Below, piece by piece: positions 14,201 through 26,079 of a stretch of 64,000 nucleotides of DNA. The translations under genes and the position numbers were made by a program. This stretch comes from Raillietiella orientalis. Lineage: Eukaryota. The stretch is from assembly GCA_036172245.1 (NCBI GenBank), contig JAYWIR010000003.1, positions 6,262,001-6,326,000 of the forward strand, given 5' to 3'. How positions within the stretch are numbered: position 1 is the first letter of the stretch; each line of letters starts with the position of its first letter. Below the pieces are notes generated by a model, which worked only from the letters and a program-made list of their open reading frames with translations, did not search any database and had not been told where the DNA came from.

Positions 14201-15649
14201 AGGGAGAGCCACCAAGTTTTTCGAAACAAGCGCGAGTCTGCGGCAGTAAAACCAGAATCGGTATCTGCTTGATTGAAAGAAAGCGTGGTCATTAAAGGCT
14301 TTGTTTCTTTGCGCTGAAGCTCAAAGGCCAACGTCGCAGATGTGTCATTGGAGGCCATTACGAAGCTGACGGAGCCTGAATCATCATCCCCTTCCAGAGC
14401 CAGGGCTTCGAACCCATCGCAGGGGCTCTTCTCTTCCAGCGCAACTCTGAGCATTCACGGAGTCACGAAGGGCCACTTTCTGATCCTGACTCTTGATTAT
14501 GACCTTCATGTGGTAGGGAGCGCTTTCTCGAATGCAAACATGCTTAGGGCGGCATGTTGCAGCCGAAGTGAATACACTTAATTCTTGTATCGCTCCATAA
14601 TTCTCAAGAGCGAAGATGGCGCAGCATCGCAGCTGGGAGGTTGCGTGGATGTGCATCACGGGGTGGTGATGGACGTGCATAATCCTCAGAATCAATTCCA
14701 AAGAAATCAACGATGACAAGGATTTCTGGTAGCCCTTCTAATCAGTTGAGACACCCGAACTTGCTGGAGCGGATTCCATCATCTGTACATTCCTTTGCTA
14801 GAACGCCGCACCAAAATTCTTCATCCTTTTTCTCTTTTTTGATGACACCTGCATTCTGTTTTGCATAAGATTTTTGAAAAAAAAAAAAAAAAAGACAGAA
14901 GCCTATAAGGAAGGCTGAGTCACGAGGAGCCGGGAGATTTGGATTCTAAAAATTCTCGAAGGAAAGCTGATGCAAACCGAATTCTATCTATCTGCAAAGA
15001 TTTTTCTTTTTGGCTGTTGCATTCTAGAGAGGCTGCATGATTTCATACAATTCCGAGGAGTCTGCGTGTACCCACTCATTTCCTTGTCGCCAGCCGCTCG
15101 CGCCCAACTCCTCTAGCGAATGCCCAAGTTTCTTGCTCCTTGGAGAGCACGCGGAATTCAAAGTTGCCTGATCTCCCTCGAGCTCCGGAGGTCATCTGCA
15201 TCCGGATTCTTGAGACTAAGCGTCTTCCTTTTTTGCACACGGGCTGCTTCTCAGCTGTGGCCTGCACCACGCTTGCCCCATCGCTCGCCACACTTGCGCG
15301 TTGGTTTCCCATGCAAAAACCGGAGGTTCCATCCTCCGCGCGCGCAGTAGGTTTGGTGGAGACCCTGGAAACGCGTGTTTGGAAACGCAGCCACCAGGTG
15401 AAACGTTGGGAAAATGGGTCGCCCTTGCTGCTAAAGTGAAACCAGCGGTGAGCTTAGCCAGTGGGGTAGCAGAGGAGAAAAGCGCTTTTCCGCGGTCTGG
15501 TTACTTACAAAGATCCCCGGGGAGATGCATCTGGGACTCTCGAGGGAGGGAGTGGGTGGGAGGAACCGGGGAAGAGTTTCCATCTTTCGTTTGGAGAACG
15601 AGGAGAAGGTAAGGACCTTAGGGAAGGATGGACCGGTTTCGAATGAGAT

Positions 15650-17340
15650 GCAGAATCGTTGAAGGCATTTGTCGCGATAATCCTAAGAAATGGAAGGATC
15701 TGCGAACCAGAAATTCCTCAGTGGAGGCTGCGCTCCTGGAGACACCCAGGAGTGTGCAGCGTGGGTGTTCCACCGTGCGGCTCGACAGCTGAGACCTTTT
15801 CGATTTCTACGAAGACAGATGACGGGAGAGGTGGCTCGCGGCGAGTTGAGTGACCGCCGCAAATGGGGTAGAACCCGTCCCAGTTTGGGGGCCGCGCAAG
15901 CAACCGAGACTCCCGAGACTCCAGTGCTACCTGTCGAGTAAACAAGTGACGAGGGAACGTCGATCTCTCTCGAGGTGGGAGAGGCTCATTCCGGAAGTTG
16001 CCACGAGCTCATAGAAGTTTCCCATAATTACTCGGTGGGGGCCTCCCGTGGTTATTGATCATTGCCAGAAGGTATGAATAATTAGTCATTGTTTGAAGAA
16101 GCGGGGAAATGAATTGGTCAGGATGCACTGATGTTTGCTAAAGGGGGGTCATCAAAGCTGGCTCGTGGCCGGAAGCAATCGGAAAAGACGGCCACTCGCC
16201 GTGCGGCTAAGTGCTCCGCGGTGCTCGCACAGATAGGCTCATCAGCTGCGCAGCCTAACACAAGGTTCACGGAAACGGTGATTCGAGCATGAAGCTGAGC
16301 AAGCCGGGATAAAGAACCGATTTTGAAATGTTCTTCGGAAAAGGATTTTGCGGCTTTGATCTCGTGATTTCCATCCGTCTCTGAATCATTTTTGTCAAGA
16401 AGAAACGAGAAAACGATTCTCCGAAGTCGAGAAGTGCCATCTGAACGAACTCAAGAACGCAGCTGAGGGCGAGGGCGGCCAAGGATGGGCACCGATTGGG
16501 AGAGGGAAGGGGGAGGGAGGGAAGGGGAGGATATGGCCGTGCCGTCACGGATCCCGGGAGCAGAAGCAGTGACTTCTTACTAGCGAACCGCGGCATTAAG
16601 ATGAAAACAATTTCTCGCGTGGGCAGGAATCGTCAAGGTCAAAAACAAATCTTCCATCATCTTGTGATGGCTCCAGACGGAGCACGGGCTAGGAAACTTG
16701 GAATCGTCTCCACGCAATCATCGTTCGAGCTCGTGGCGTTTCCATCGGATCGACGCCATCGCTGTTTTGGGAGAGTTTCGACTCAGAGGACGGTCCAAAG
16801 CACGGGATGATGCTGGGAGACTCAGGGGACGGTGCGTGCCTTGACAAAAGGAATTTCCTTCCGCACTCTTTCAAGGATAAAACAAGGAAGTAGAAAGTTG
16901 CATTCATCGATGGGCAGATGACAAACTCCAGGGTGTTGTATGAAAGACGAAGCGAACACTTTCTGAATGGAAACGCAAACCCGGAAGCTGATCTTCGGGT
17001 GAGCAATATCCCCAGGAAGACGGTCCTGGAAACAATGAAGACAAACGGAAAAGCGGTCCAGCGCTTCCAGCATCGCTCCAAGTCCGCTCCATACTTTGAC
17101 CATGCTTCACCAGAACCATTCATCCCACTCCCCAAGCAACAGAAAGGGACCTTCTCCTCTTCTCCTGATCTGGAGAGCTTCTGCAGGTCCCTGCCGAAGT
17201 GCCCACACCCTCAGACAAACCTCCCACAATTACTGAGTGATGAGCTGCAGCTCTCTGGGATCACATCCGTGCCACACGCTTGTGCCATCGCAGCTGCCAC
17301 TTCCTCGTGATGCAGAAATCCAATCTGATTCATCCCACAT
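15650..17340 (-). mobile_element. Decayed non-LTR RT remnant, truncated by the AT-rich island
   Basis: NQIGF (~17320), DLERCW (~17070), SLRLSYNTLEFVI (~16940, cf. LSPxLFNxxLE), WQLPE and VYSTGSTGVSG (~15920-16000, cf. WLxLP and GGLG). Confidence 0.45.
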
Positions 17341-17344
17341 GCCT

Positions 17345-18850
17345 TACATATGCTAATATACAAATTTATATGTGAACGGATGGCGGGATCAATACATATC
17401 ATAAAGATTATATGGAATAATCATATATGCTTAGTATATATTTTGATGTATGTATTTATAGAGAGATTAATGGAAAACTTGTTTCAAAGTGCATATTTAG
17501 TAACATGCATATTATTAATAGTGACATTATTCTAACATGTATATTGATTAATTTCTATAAACACGCGCATTATTAATATAATTTAGAATATGTTTGGTAT
17601 ATATAAATATATATATTTGTATATAGATTAATATATGGATTCATACAATATGATGATCATTATATATATATATATATATATTTATGCCTAGATAAATATA
17701 TATATATATATTGAGGTAATTAACACATGTATGTTTTATAATTTTGAGAATATATATTTATCTAGGCATAAATACATATATATATATGATAAACATACTG
17801 TTGATTATGCCCATATCGATAATAAATACACACATATATATCTTATTCTCTTAATACTACACATTAATCCATATATAAGTATGCACATCAAGATATATAA
17901 TAAACATGTGCATTTTTATAATCTCTGTAATGCATATTACCCTATGTGTATACAGAGTATGTTAATATATATAATAAACATATTATTAATTATCTCAATA
18001 TATGAAATTTGGGATTCATAAACAGTATACTTCTCGAAGATGGAATGTATCATTTTTTGAGAAAGTTCCATTTATTGAGTGTTGGAAATGATAGGAAAAT
18101 CAAAAATGCAAAATTTCTCATTTAAGTTTTTTAAATTGGTCGCTTTTTTACTTTCTCTTACTATTTTTAACTGCCCCGATTATTTTTTTGCTTTAAAGTT
18201 GCATATTTATACATTCATTTCACATATACTCATTATATATATAAATATACATTAATGTACATAATAAACGTGGGTCTGTGTTTTTTTTTATGATCTTCGC
18301 TATATATATCGATATACCTTATCAATTATGCTAATCAAAATGTGTGTTGAAAGAAGTTTGCATATTACTCTGTATGTTAACTTATGCATGAATATCAACA
18401 TATTAATATAAACGATATGTAAGCGAATAATATGAACGACAAACATATGTATTTTTTTAGAATCTTTAAGATACATATGCATTTATTTATTAATCCATAT
18501 ATGAAGATATCTAATAAGCAAATTCATATTTAGATTATCAACATGCACGCTTCCCGGTACATGCTGTCTCCAAATAAGATCAGTCCCTGCTCGTTAACGC
18601 CCTCAGATAAAGATGCTGAGAAAAGGTGAACTTCCAGCATGAGGAAACCTTTCATCTCTTGACACGTGTGTTGCATATCGTTGCGAGTGAAGGCAGCTTC
18701 CCACGGCATCCATGGTGACCATCGACGGTCCGTCTTTCATGCTAATGTACATACCTTAAAATATATAATGCATTACTCTGCATGAAAATATACATCCATA
18801 TATATAAGGAACAAATCATTAATTATATTGATACTGTGTACGTTAGCGTA
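17345..18850. repeat. Extremely AT-rich, TA-repeat-rich island containing an inverted repeat
   Basis: Abrupt compositional change, (TA)n runs at 17660-17710, and a 25-bp perfect inverted repeat at 17679-17703 / 17750-17774. Confidence 0.85.
18555..18741 (+). repeat. 187-bp direct repeat, copy of 21041-21227
   Basis: Ungapped match from CGGTACATGCTG to CGTCTTTCATG with 4 mismatches by eye. Confidence 0.95.
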
Positions 18851-20149
18851 AGCTGTTTTGGGGATGACCGAAGCGGACACTTCCCAGGCAGACTCCGTGT
18901 CCCTTTTGTTCCCTGCGCGCCTCGTCAAGGCAGGAGAACGCTCTGCGGCGACACCTGCCTGCACCTCCGGGACCAGCCCCTCCGGCTGCTTCCTTCCCAC
19001 GGGAAGTCTCCATCCCACCGTCCCGTGCGTCACCGTGTCCCTTCCTGCACCCTCCTTCGATGCCCCCTTCGACGGGCAGCCGACAGTGCAGCCCGTTTCG
19101 TTCCCGTGGGAATTTCCCTCGAGAGCCCATGGCTGCAAGGCGTCTCCCACTCTGCACCCCGCCCTTCGGGTCAGCGAGGTGGCGGGAGGAGACCTTTCTC
19201 GGGGATGGCCTCGCACCACCAGTCGCCGAAAAAGGAAAGAAAGAGGAAGGTTCAAGCCAGATGTTTTCCCCGAGGATGTTGCAGCAGCCACCCTTCCGGA
19301 GGCAAGAGCGTGCGCGCTATGCGGTTCCTGTCTTTCGGCGCCTCCCACACACGTCGTTCCCGAGACACTCACTGACTTCGCCCTCGGAGTTCCGTGACAT
19401 TCTCTTCCTCGCCTCCCGATCCGGGCTCCAGCTCGCCACCACCGCCGGAGCGCACGCTCCTGCCGGGAAGGGTCTCTGCAGCCTCTGCTGCGCAACACGG
19501 GATGCCTCGAAAGCCGGCCTCCGCCCTGGAGAAAGGCGCTCCGGGACAGCGGCGCGTCTTTCGACGGGACTCTCCCGCCTTCCCTTCTTTTCTTCCGCAC
19601 CCCCGTCCTCGAAATTCGGAGAGCCGCCTGGATCCCGCGGCAGCCTTTCGCTCCGTCAAAGTCCCTTCAGCGCTCCCTTCTTTCGGTTAGCAGCTCGCCC
19701 TGCGAGCGAATCCCTGGAACGAGGAAATCCTTCGGGAAGAGCGGGAGAGAGGATCCGAGCCGCCACCCATCAGGAGGAGTTTGGTCGCGCGACACTTCCC
19801 GCCCCGGGCAGAGCAGAGGGCCGGGAAACGGGGCGCCAGGATTGGGGGGGGGAGGCGCCTGTAGGGTGCGAGGGAGCTCCAGAGAGCAGACGAACGGCGT
19901 CGCAGCACCCACGAGGGCGAGGCGGGAAGCGGAGATCCCTGCTGGAGGATCGCCGCGACGCATCGCCCGCGTCCTTGGCCGACGTCCTTGGGCGAAGTTC
20001 CCGGAGATTCGATTCCCTCTATACGAATTCAACTAACCCGACATCCGTAAGCAATGTCGCATTCCTCTTCTTTCCCACTAGACGGGGGGGTAGAGGGAGC
20101 TGGTGTTTGCGCTGCCGCAGGAACCGAGGAGGTAAGAAGCTCGAAGCAA

Positions 20150-21700
20150 CCATAAAGGCATCCGACTCGACTGGGAGATGCAGAAGAACCAGACACCCTA
20201 TCTAGTGTTCTCCAGATAAGCAGTCGTTGGCTGCCCGACTAGGTAGGTGAAGGCACCGTATCAGGTGCCTAGTTACTGCACAATCCGTAGCATGTTTGAA
20301 AATGGACCAGGATGCGATAGAAGGAGAGCGAAAAATAACACTTGCCTTGGCCACCATTCCATTCCACTCGACGGCCGGATGGAATGCCTCAAGATCGAAC
20401 GGCTTTCCCAAGTATTTATAGGCAGGCAGCACTGTTTCCAAGGGTAGGATGCTCCATCCTCTGATGCGGAAGACAATCCGTACTCTGCTCGTCGAACTCA
20501 CAGCAGAGAAATGCGGCGTAGCACACTCACGGAGGTCAAGATCACGGTGACATCGACTTTCTGGGAATGTCAATCCCTCTGACGAATCCACGAGCGCCAT
20601 GAAATAGCTTGCCAGAAGGGATTCCTCGCCCAGATAGGTGCTGACGCTGCGTAAAACTAACTCTATGCTGATGGCAAAAGGTAAAGTGCTTAGGTGATAT
20701 CCTTGCTTAACTTCCCCTTGAATTCTCACGAATCTTATCCATCTGGCTGGACCCATGCTATTGCATTGCCTCACAGATCCGCGACTAAGAGGAAAAATCA
20801 GGTGCCGGCTCAAACCAATGCTGCTGCGACCTGAATGATTTGATGCAAAATGTCTCCAAACACATTCGCAAGGTCCATGAGGAACGTTGGTCTCATACCC
20901 TTGGATCGTCTCCTGGAATCATCCAGGAACGCCACAAAAGAAGAGAAATCCCTTTTTCCGGAGGTATGTTATAGAGTCACACTGTCCCATTCCCCACCAT
21001 CCAGCATTTCAGACGCGAAGGTAAGCACTTAGCATATGCTCGGTACATGCTGTCTCCAAATAAGATCAGTCCCTGCTCGTTAACGCCCTCAGATAAAGAT
21101 GCTGAGAAAAGGTGAACTTCCAGCATGAGGAATCCTTTCATCTCTTGAGACGTGTGTTGCATATCGTTGCGAGTGAAGGCAGCTTCCCACGGCATCCATG
21201 GCGGCCATCGACGGTCCGTCTTTCATGGCTCAATGACTGCCGACCACTTCAGGCATCTTGCTCCGAGTCTCTCGGTCCAATTAGGACTCCTCCGTGGAAA
21301 CATGGTCGACGTCTTCTTGGTGACGGATAGCGCGAGAAAAACTCAAGACGTTTTGATCCATCCTTCGAGGATCAGCTCGACAGAAAGCAAGTAAGCAGGT
21401 CACCTTTACGCTGTGAAGCAAGTGACTGTAGAGCGCTCATGCATGAGAAATGAGGAATGCTTTGCACATTGCTTCAGGAGAGTGAGTAGTTCACTCGGGA
21501 TCCACTCATCCTCCGTCCATGTTTCCAGGTGCCGTGGTGTTTACTTACTTTTTCCTGCTCCAAGCACCTATCGCGCAAGTAGGGTGGACAGGTAGCCTGC
21601 ACTGTCAAGCATTCTGTTCGTGCCCCAGAAAGAAGGACATCTTTATCGATCAAGGGAGATGGCTCACCCCTGATAGCGCGAAGCTGCCAGTTTTCGCTCC
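20150..21700 (-). mobile_element. Decayed non-LTR reverse transcriptase (NeSL/Utopia-like), remnant E
   Basis: GDSMYRAYAKCL (~21045), KGF (~20950) and MDLANVFG (~20865, cf. LDLxNAFG). ORF 20202-20813 carries GEVKQGYHLSTLPFAISIELVLR, ECAT and YKYLGKP. The YADD motif is destroyed. Confidence 0.85.
21041..21227 (+). repeat. 187-bp direct repeat, source copy within RT remnant E
   Basis: Matches 18555-18741 and is continuous with flanking RT motifs here. Confidence 0.95.
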
Positions 21701-22949
21701 CCGCTGCCCCTGCGGTCACGTCGGTTCCGGAGCGCGCGCGCGCGCGCAAAGAGAGCTGTGGTACAACGAGGACGGAGAAAAATGAGAAGGACCTGCGTTT
21801 CACGAAACCATCACTGATTCGCTGCCCCTCACGAAAGATGGCAGCATGTTCGAAAAAATTGCTCATCCTTCCTCGGAAAAAAGGAAGACAAACTCCGAAG
21901 CAATCGATCAAAGCAGCAGCCACCTCCGATGCTGAAGTGATCTTTGACATCAGATACCTTCACAGATATCAGTTTCTCGCGTAAGAAGTTCGTCTTGCTC
22001 GCCGAATTCTCATCCCTCAATCACATCCACGCGAGAAAGCACGAAATCCCGACCTGCAACTGGCTTCGGTGGATTCAGGAGATGTGGCTGTCGGGTAGGA
22101 AAAGACAAGGAGAATAAGGATGGAAAAACGAGAATCCTTCAAAAGTTGAGAACTGTCGCCCTTTGACCTCCATTCCTCCCAGTTAGTTTCCACTGTAATC
22201 AGGGGGTGCAGCGTGGACATCTTCACTGCCTTCCAATCAAAAATGATTCTGAGTCAAGAGGCAATTTGCTGCCATGTAAATTTTCCTCACGCAAGTGCAT
22301 CTCCGATCGACTGAGGAACATGGCATGCGATTTCTTCTTCGTTCAAAGTTCTCCCAAGGAGAAGACCCTCACTGGGGTTCGCTGATGTTTTGGAAATTCC
22401 GAACCTCACCTAAGATCAGGAAACCAGGAAGAGGAAGAAAACCTATCGTTCACGGGAGTTGCGTTACCTTCAGCAGCTGAATCTCAGATGGAAACTCAGG
22501 TCTGCGCTCGTCTGATTGGTTCGATGCAACGGATTCAGTGTCATCCATTCACTGACTCACTTATCAGGAAGGATAATCGACAGTTTTCACCCCATGGAAT
22601 GGGTGATCTGCTAGTATTGTAAAATCCACGGCAACTCAGAAGGCCTGTGTGCGGCTGCAATAAATAGACGGATAAGCAGATTGCAGCCCTCCCACCATAT
22701 CGATGACATGTGCTATTCACTCCTATCTGCTCAGGCACTTCGAAATTTTTCAGAAAGATCTGGAAAAGACACATCTTTCTTGTATCGTAAAGACGAGTGG
22801 ACAAGGATTGGTTCCCTTTCGAAGCTTCGGTAGGTGAGGAGGAATGAATGGAGGTAAGGACATTTTCCATCCTTACAACAGAACAATTGGGCAGCATCTT
22901 CAGTTGCCATCAGTGATTTTTTTTTTTTTTTTTTCTAATTCTTTGATTC

Positions 22950-24800
22950 GTTAGTTGGGCAAAGCGCTGTTTATACGTACAATCGGCAGCTCGGTGAAAG
23001 CAAACCAGCTGTGTTCCTCTTTGTGCTAAAGAGCATTTTCTTAAAGAGGATCATGAGAATGCACCATTCGTGCTCCATTCCGAGTTTCCTCAGCTAAGTT
23101 TCCAAAAGAGAAGACTTTTTGCAGCAGAACGTTCGTGACGGGACACTTTGCTGCCGCAAAGATGATGAAAGGATGCCCATCTCCCATGAGTTCCACCCAA
23201 AGGAGAACACATAACGCTGCTCTGCTCAGCAATTACGGAGCTGCAGAAACCTGGGCATAGGGATCTTCGTGAAGCAGTTGCCGCTCTTTTCCTCTGCAAG
23301 GAGGATGGGGACCGTTTTTTTCTTTTCCTCTCCATCTGCTTCCCGCTGCAATCCAAGCCAGCAGCTGTGTCGTCCACCTCCATGTGTGGCTGTTGCGGAA
23401 AAGCACACGCACACTGCGCACGCGACCACACATACACTTGAAATGCTCGGAGAAGAAAGCTGCTTGCATTCTGGGAAACAGAGTCCGTTTTGGAGTGAGG
23501 CATTTTCCTGCTTCCGAAACACGGGCGGGAAAAACGACGGTGAGGTTTCCAGTGGAAAGTTCGCGTCAGGAAAGCAGCACAGGAACGGAACAAAAGGCAT
23601 GTACACCATTTCTCTTCCTCACTCCACGGAAGTGAATCTCAGAAAGAGATGAATACATACATCCAACAGCCTATGAACTGACGGTGCTCCACGAAGTGGA
23701 AAGAATGGCCCGGAGTTGACCCTCATTCGTCGTAATGTCACTGTGAAGCATCTATTGAAGCACAGCTTCCCGATTCCGCAAACTCCAACTGCGATCTCGC
23801 CGTGCTTCGAACCTTCGAGCTGCTGACCGCGTCGAGCACGGAGTCGGCGAATTCCATTCAGCTGCAAAGGAAGCCTTTTGGACAACGGACGGGGCATTTC
23901 GTAGTGGACATCCAAACTAGTTCTTTGATGCTGACAACGTGATGCTACAGCTTGTGCCGAAGAATATGATTCATTCTAAAGGCATATGCTCATTCTTCCA
24001 TGAATGCATTCGCAATCTGTATAACTGAGCTGGAGATAAATCTTCAATTGAGATATGTGACCATGAGAGAGGCCTCTATGTTTAGGGCACCATCTGCATT
24101 CTGCTCGTAGCTGGGTCCGAGCCTACCGATGTTCGGCGGTAGGAAACTGATTCCCTGTTGCTGTTTTAGTATCGGGATACATCTGTTGTCTCTCGATTCA
24201 TCTAGTTCTTCAGTGCAGCTGGTTTCCTTAACTACGACCGTCTGCATCGGCTTGCATCGCACCGGCGCACGATGAGTCCTTCAGCGAAAGTGGGGATGCC
24301 AAAGGGAATATTTCCAATTTGCAACCCTTGTAATTTCTTCTCGTCGATGTTTCGTCTCCTAGTTGGCTTCCCTTCAGTTTGAAAGGAAGGGAATGAACCT
24401 CACGTTCATGCCTACCTTCCTTTGGCAAGAGAAGAAACTGCTACTGGCATCAGATCGAATCTCGGAAATCCTCAGTCGGAAACGACGATCTCCCGGTAAG
24501 GTTGCTCCGGCTGCAAACACACGGAAGAAGCCTCGGCATCTCATCAGTCGGCATTGTCCGTTTGGAGGCATCGAATGCCGGTTCTGCACACGTGTGAAGT
24601 GCATGGAAGAGTCATCTGCCAGAGCCCTGCGCTGCGATTCAGAGGATTATGGTATTCGCACGAACCGGAGCCAGCAGTGGGTGCCGGAATGAGGCCCTAT
24701 GGAAAGCACCTTTATTGAAACCTCAGTCGGTTTTGCCCGAAGGCTTTGCTCTTTTCCTTCTTGGGGGATTGGGTTGCCGTCGAACCGGGCAAAACCTCGA
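22950..24800 (-). mobile_element. Decayed non-LTR RT remnant F
   Basis: ATLPGD (~24495), ANWK (~24315), GPFFPLRGAPSVHRLLDVCIHLFLR (~23640-23715, RT domain 4-like) and SCAAFLT (~23575, cf. LAFADD). Confidence 0.5.
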
Positions 24801-25614
24801 TTCTTCCGTGTGCTCGGGGTGGAACGCGTATCTCTGTCCCTTCCGCGTTGGTGAGGGCTGCTCAACCTTTCGAGTTGGGATGCCGGGGAGAAAGAGTTAA
24901 ACGAAACGGAGGAATTTTTGCCTGAGGAGAATTTGCTAGAGATGGACACCCCGTATTTTCCTTGAACCATCCTTCCAGGAGGAGATATCGACGTTGGAAG
25001 GGCTGCTGATTTCGTCCAACGATCGCTTTCTGCTGTCTTTGTTGCTGAGGGAGCACCGGAACTTCCTGGAGAGCATTTGACACTGCCTGGTTTGGGAGGA
25101 GGAAAGAGGAGAACATCTCTTCGGAGCCAAATCCGACTCTGTTCGGATGTGGCCTCCGAGATCGTACTCCGTTCCCTTGAGAAGCACGTAGTGTCTTCAT
25201 CTAGTCGTCAAGAGGACTCGGCGCACGGAGTCGGAAGCCTCCGGCTCGCTGTCCCTTCGCTCGGCGGGAAATAAAAAGAGAGATCGGAAACCCGGCCGCA
25301 AGAAACAAAGCCGATCTCTTGCTTTGCAGTTCCATCTTCTTGCATTCGGATGTTACACAGTTTTCATTTCTTCTCGTTTCATCTTCTCTCCGGTCTCTTT
25401 GAAGAAAAACCAAAAAGTGGTTGCCCGGAATTCGTCGCGGAGAGGAAGTTCGAATGATACCTGAGGACGCAAGTTACGACGACACCTGGAAACACGATAC
25501 ACTGGAAAGTCGCAAGCGAACTCTCGGAGTACAGAAAGTCTGCACGTAGGCTGACGGACGCAAAAGATTGCCCTCCTTTCGAGCTGTTTTCATTATCCTC
25601 AACTATGGACACCG

Positions 25615-25697
25615 GCTCTCTTCTTCGTCTTCTTTCTTTCTCCCTCTCCCTTGACTCCCCCCCTTCCCCTCTCTCTCTCTCTCTCCCCTCTCCTCCC
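25615..25697. repeat. Polypyrimidine/(CT)n tract in the putative SLC23 promoter
   Basis: Nearly pure C/T run including (CT)n. Confidence 0.8.
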
Positions 25698-25773
25698 ATC
25701 CAACATTGGGGGTTGTGCAACCAGGGACCTTGGCATCACCGTCATGCGACTCCTTTACTTCTAGCCATTCAGT

Positions 25774-25783
25774 GTCACGTGAC
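25774..25783. promoter_or_regulatory. Palindromic E-box GTCACGTGAC (CLEAR/USF-type) upstream of SLC23
   Basis: 12-bp palindrome TGTCACGTGACA about 140 nt before the ATG, downstream of a CT-rich tract at 25615-25697. Confidence 0.45.
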
Positions 25784-25920
25784 ATCTACGTCACAAGTTG
25801 TTGGAATTGTGGAGACGGCATTACACGGAGAAAGTAGCACCGCTACCACTAGAACCCATCTCGCGCGGTGCGTGGCGCGAGGTTGCCTCTCAGTGTGCTC
25901 CCTCAAAGCTCATAGAAGTG

Positions 25921-26079
25921 ATGGCGAGCAGCGACGAATTCCAAGGAACGGAGATACGGACACTGAGCATGAGGTGCGCGGAGCCGGAGCCAGGAGCGCA
26001 GTGCAAGGCTGAGAATGAGCTCCTCTATAGCATAGACGATAAGCCGTCGTGGTTCATGTCGGTCTTCATCGGGTTCCAG
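25921..26079 (+). CDS. SLC23A: SLC23 exon 1 (MASSDEF...SVFIGFQ)
   Basis: ATG at 25921 and donor CAG|GTATCC. The start codon choice is inferred. Confidence 0.85.

Noticed and set aside
18773..20205. Long ORFs of 381, 275 and 197 aa in a GC-rich block
   Set aside because: They overlap in several frames on both strands, are Arg/Ser/Pro/Gly-rich and carry no recognisable domain, as expected by chance in GC-rich DNA.
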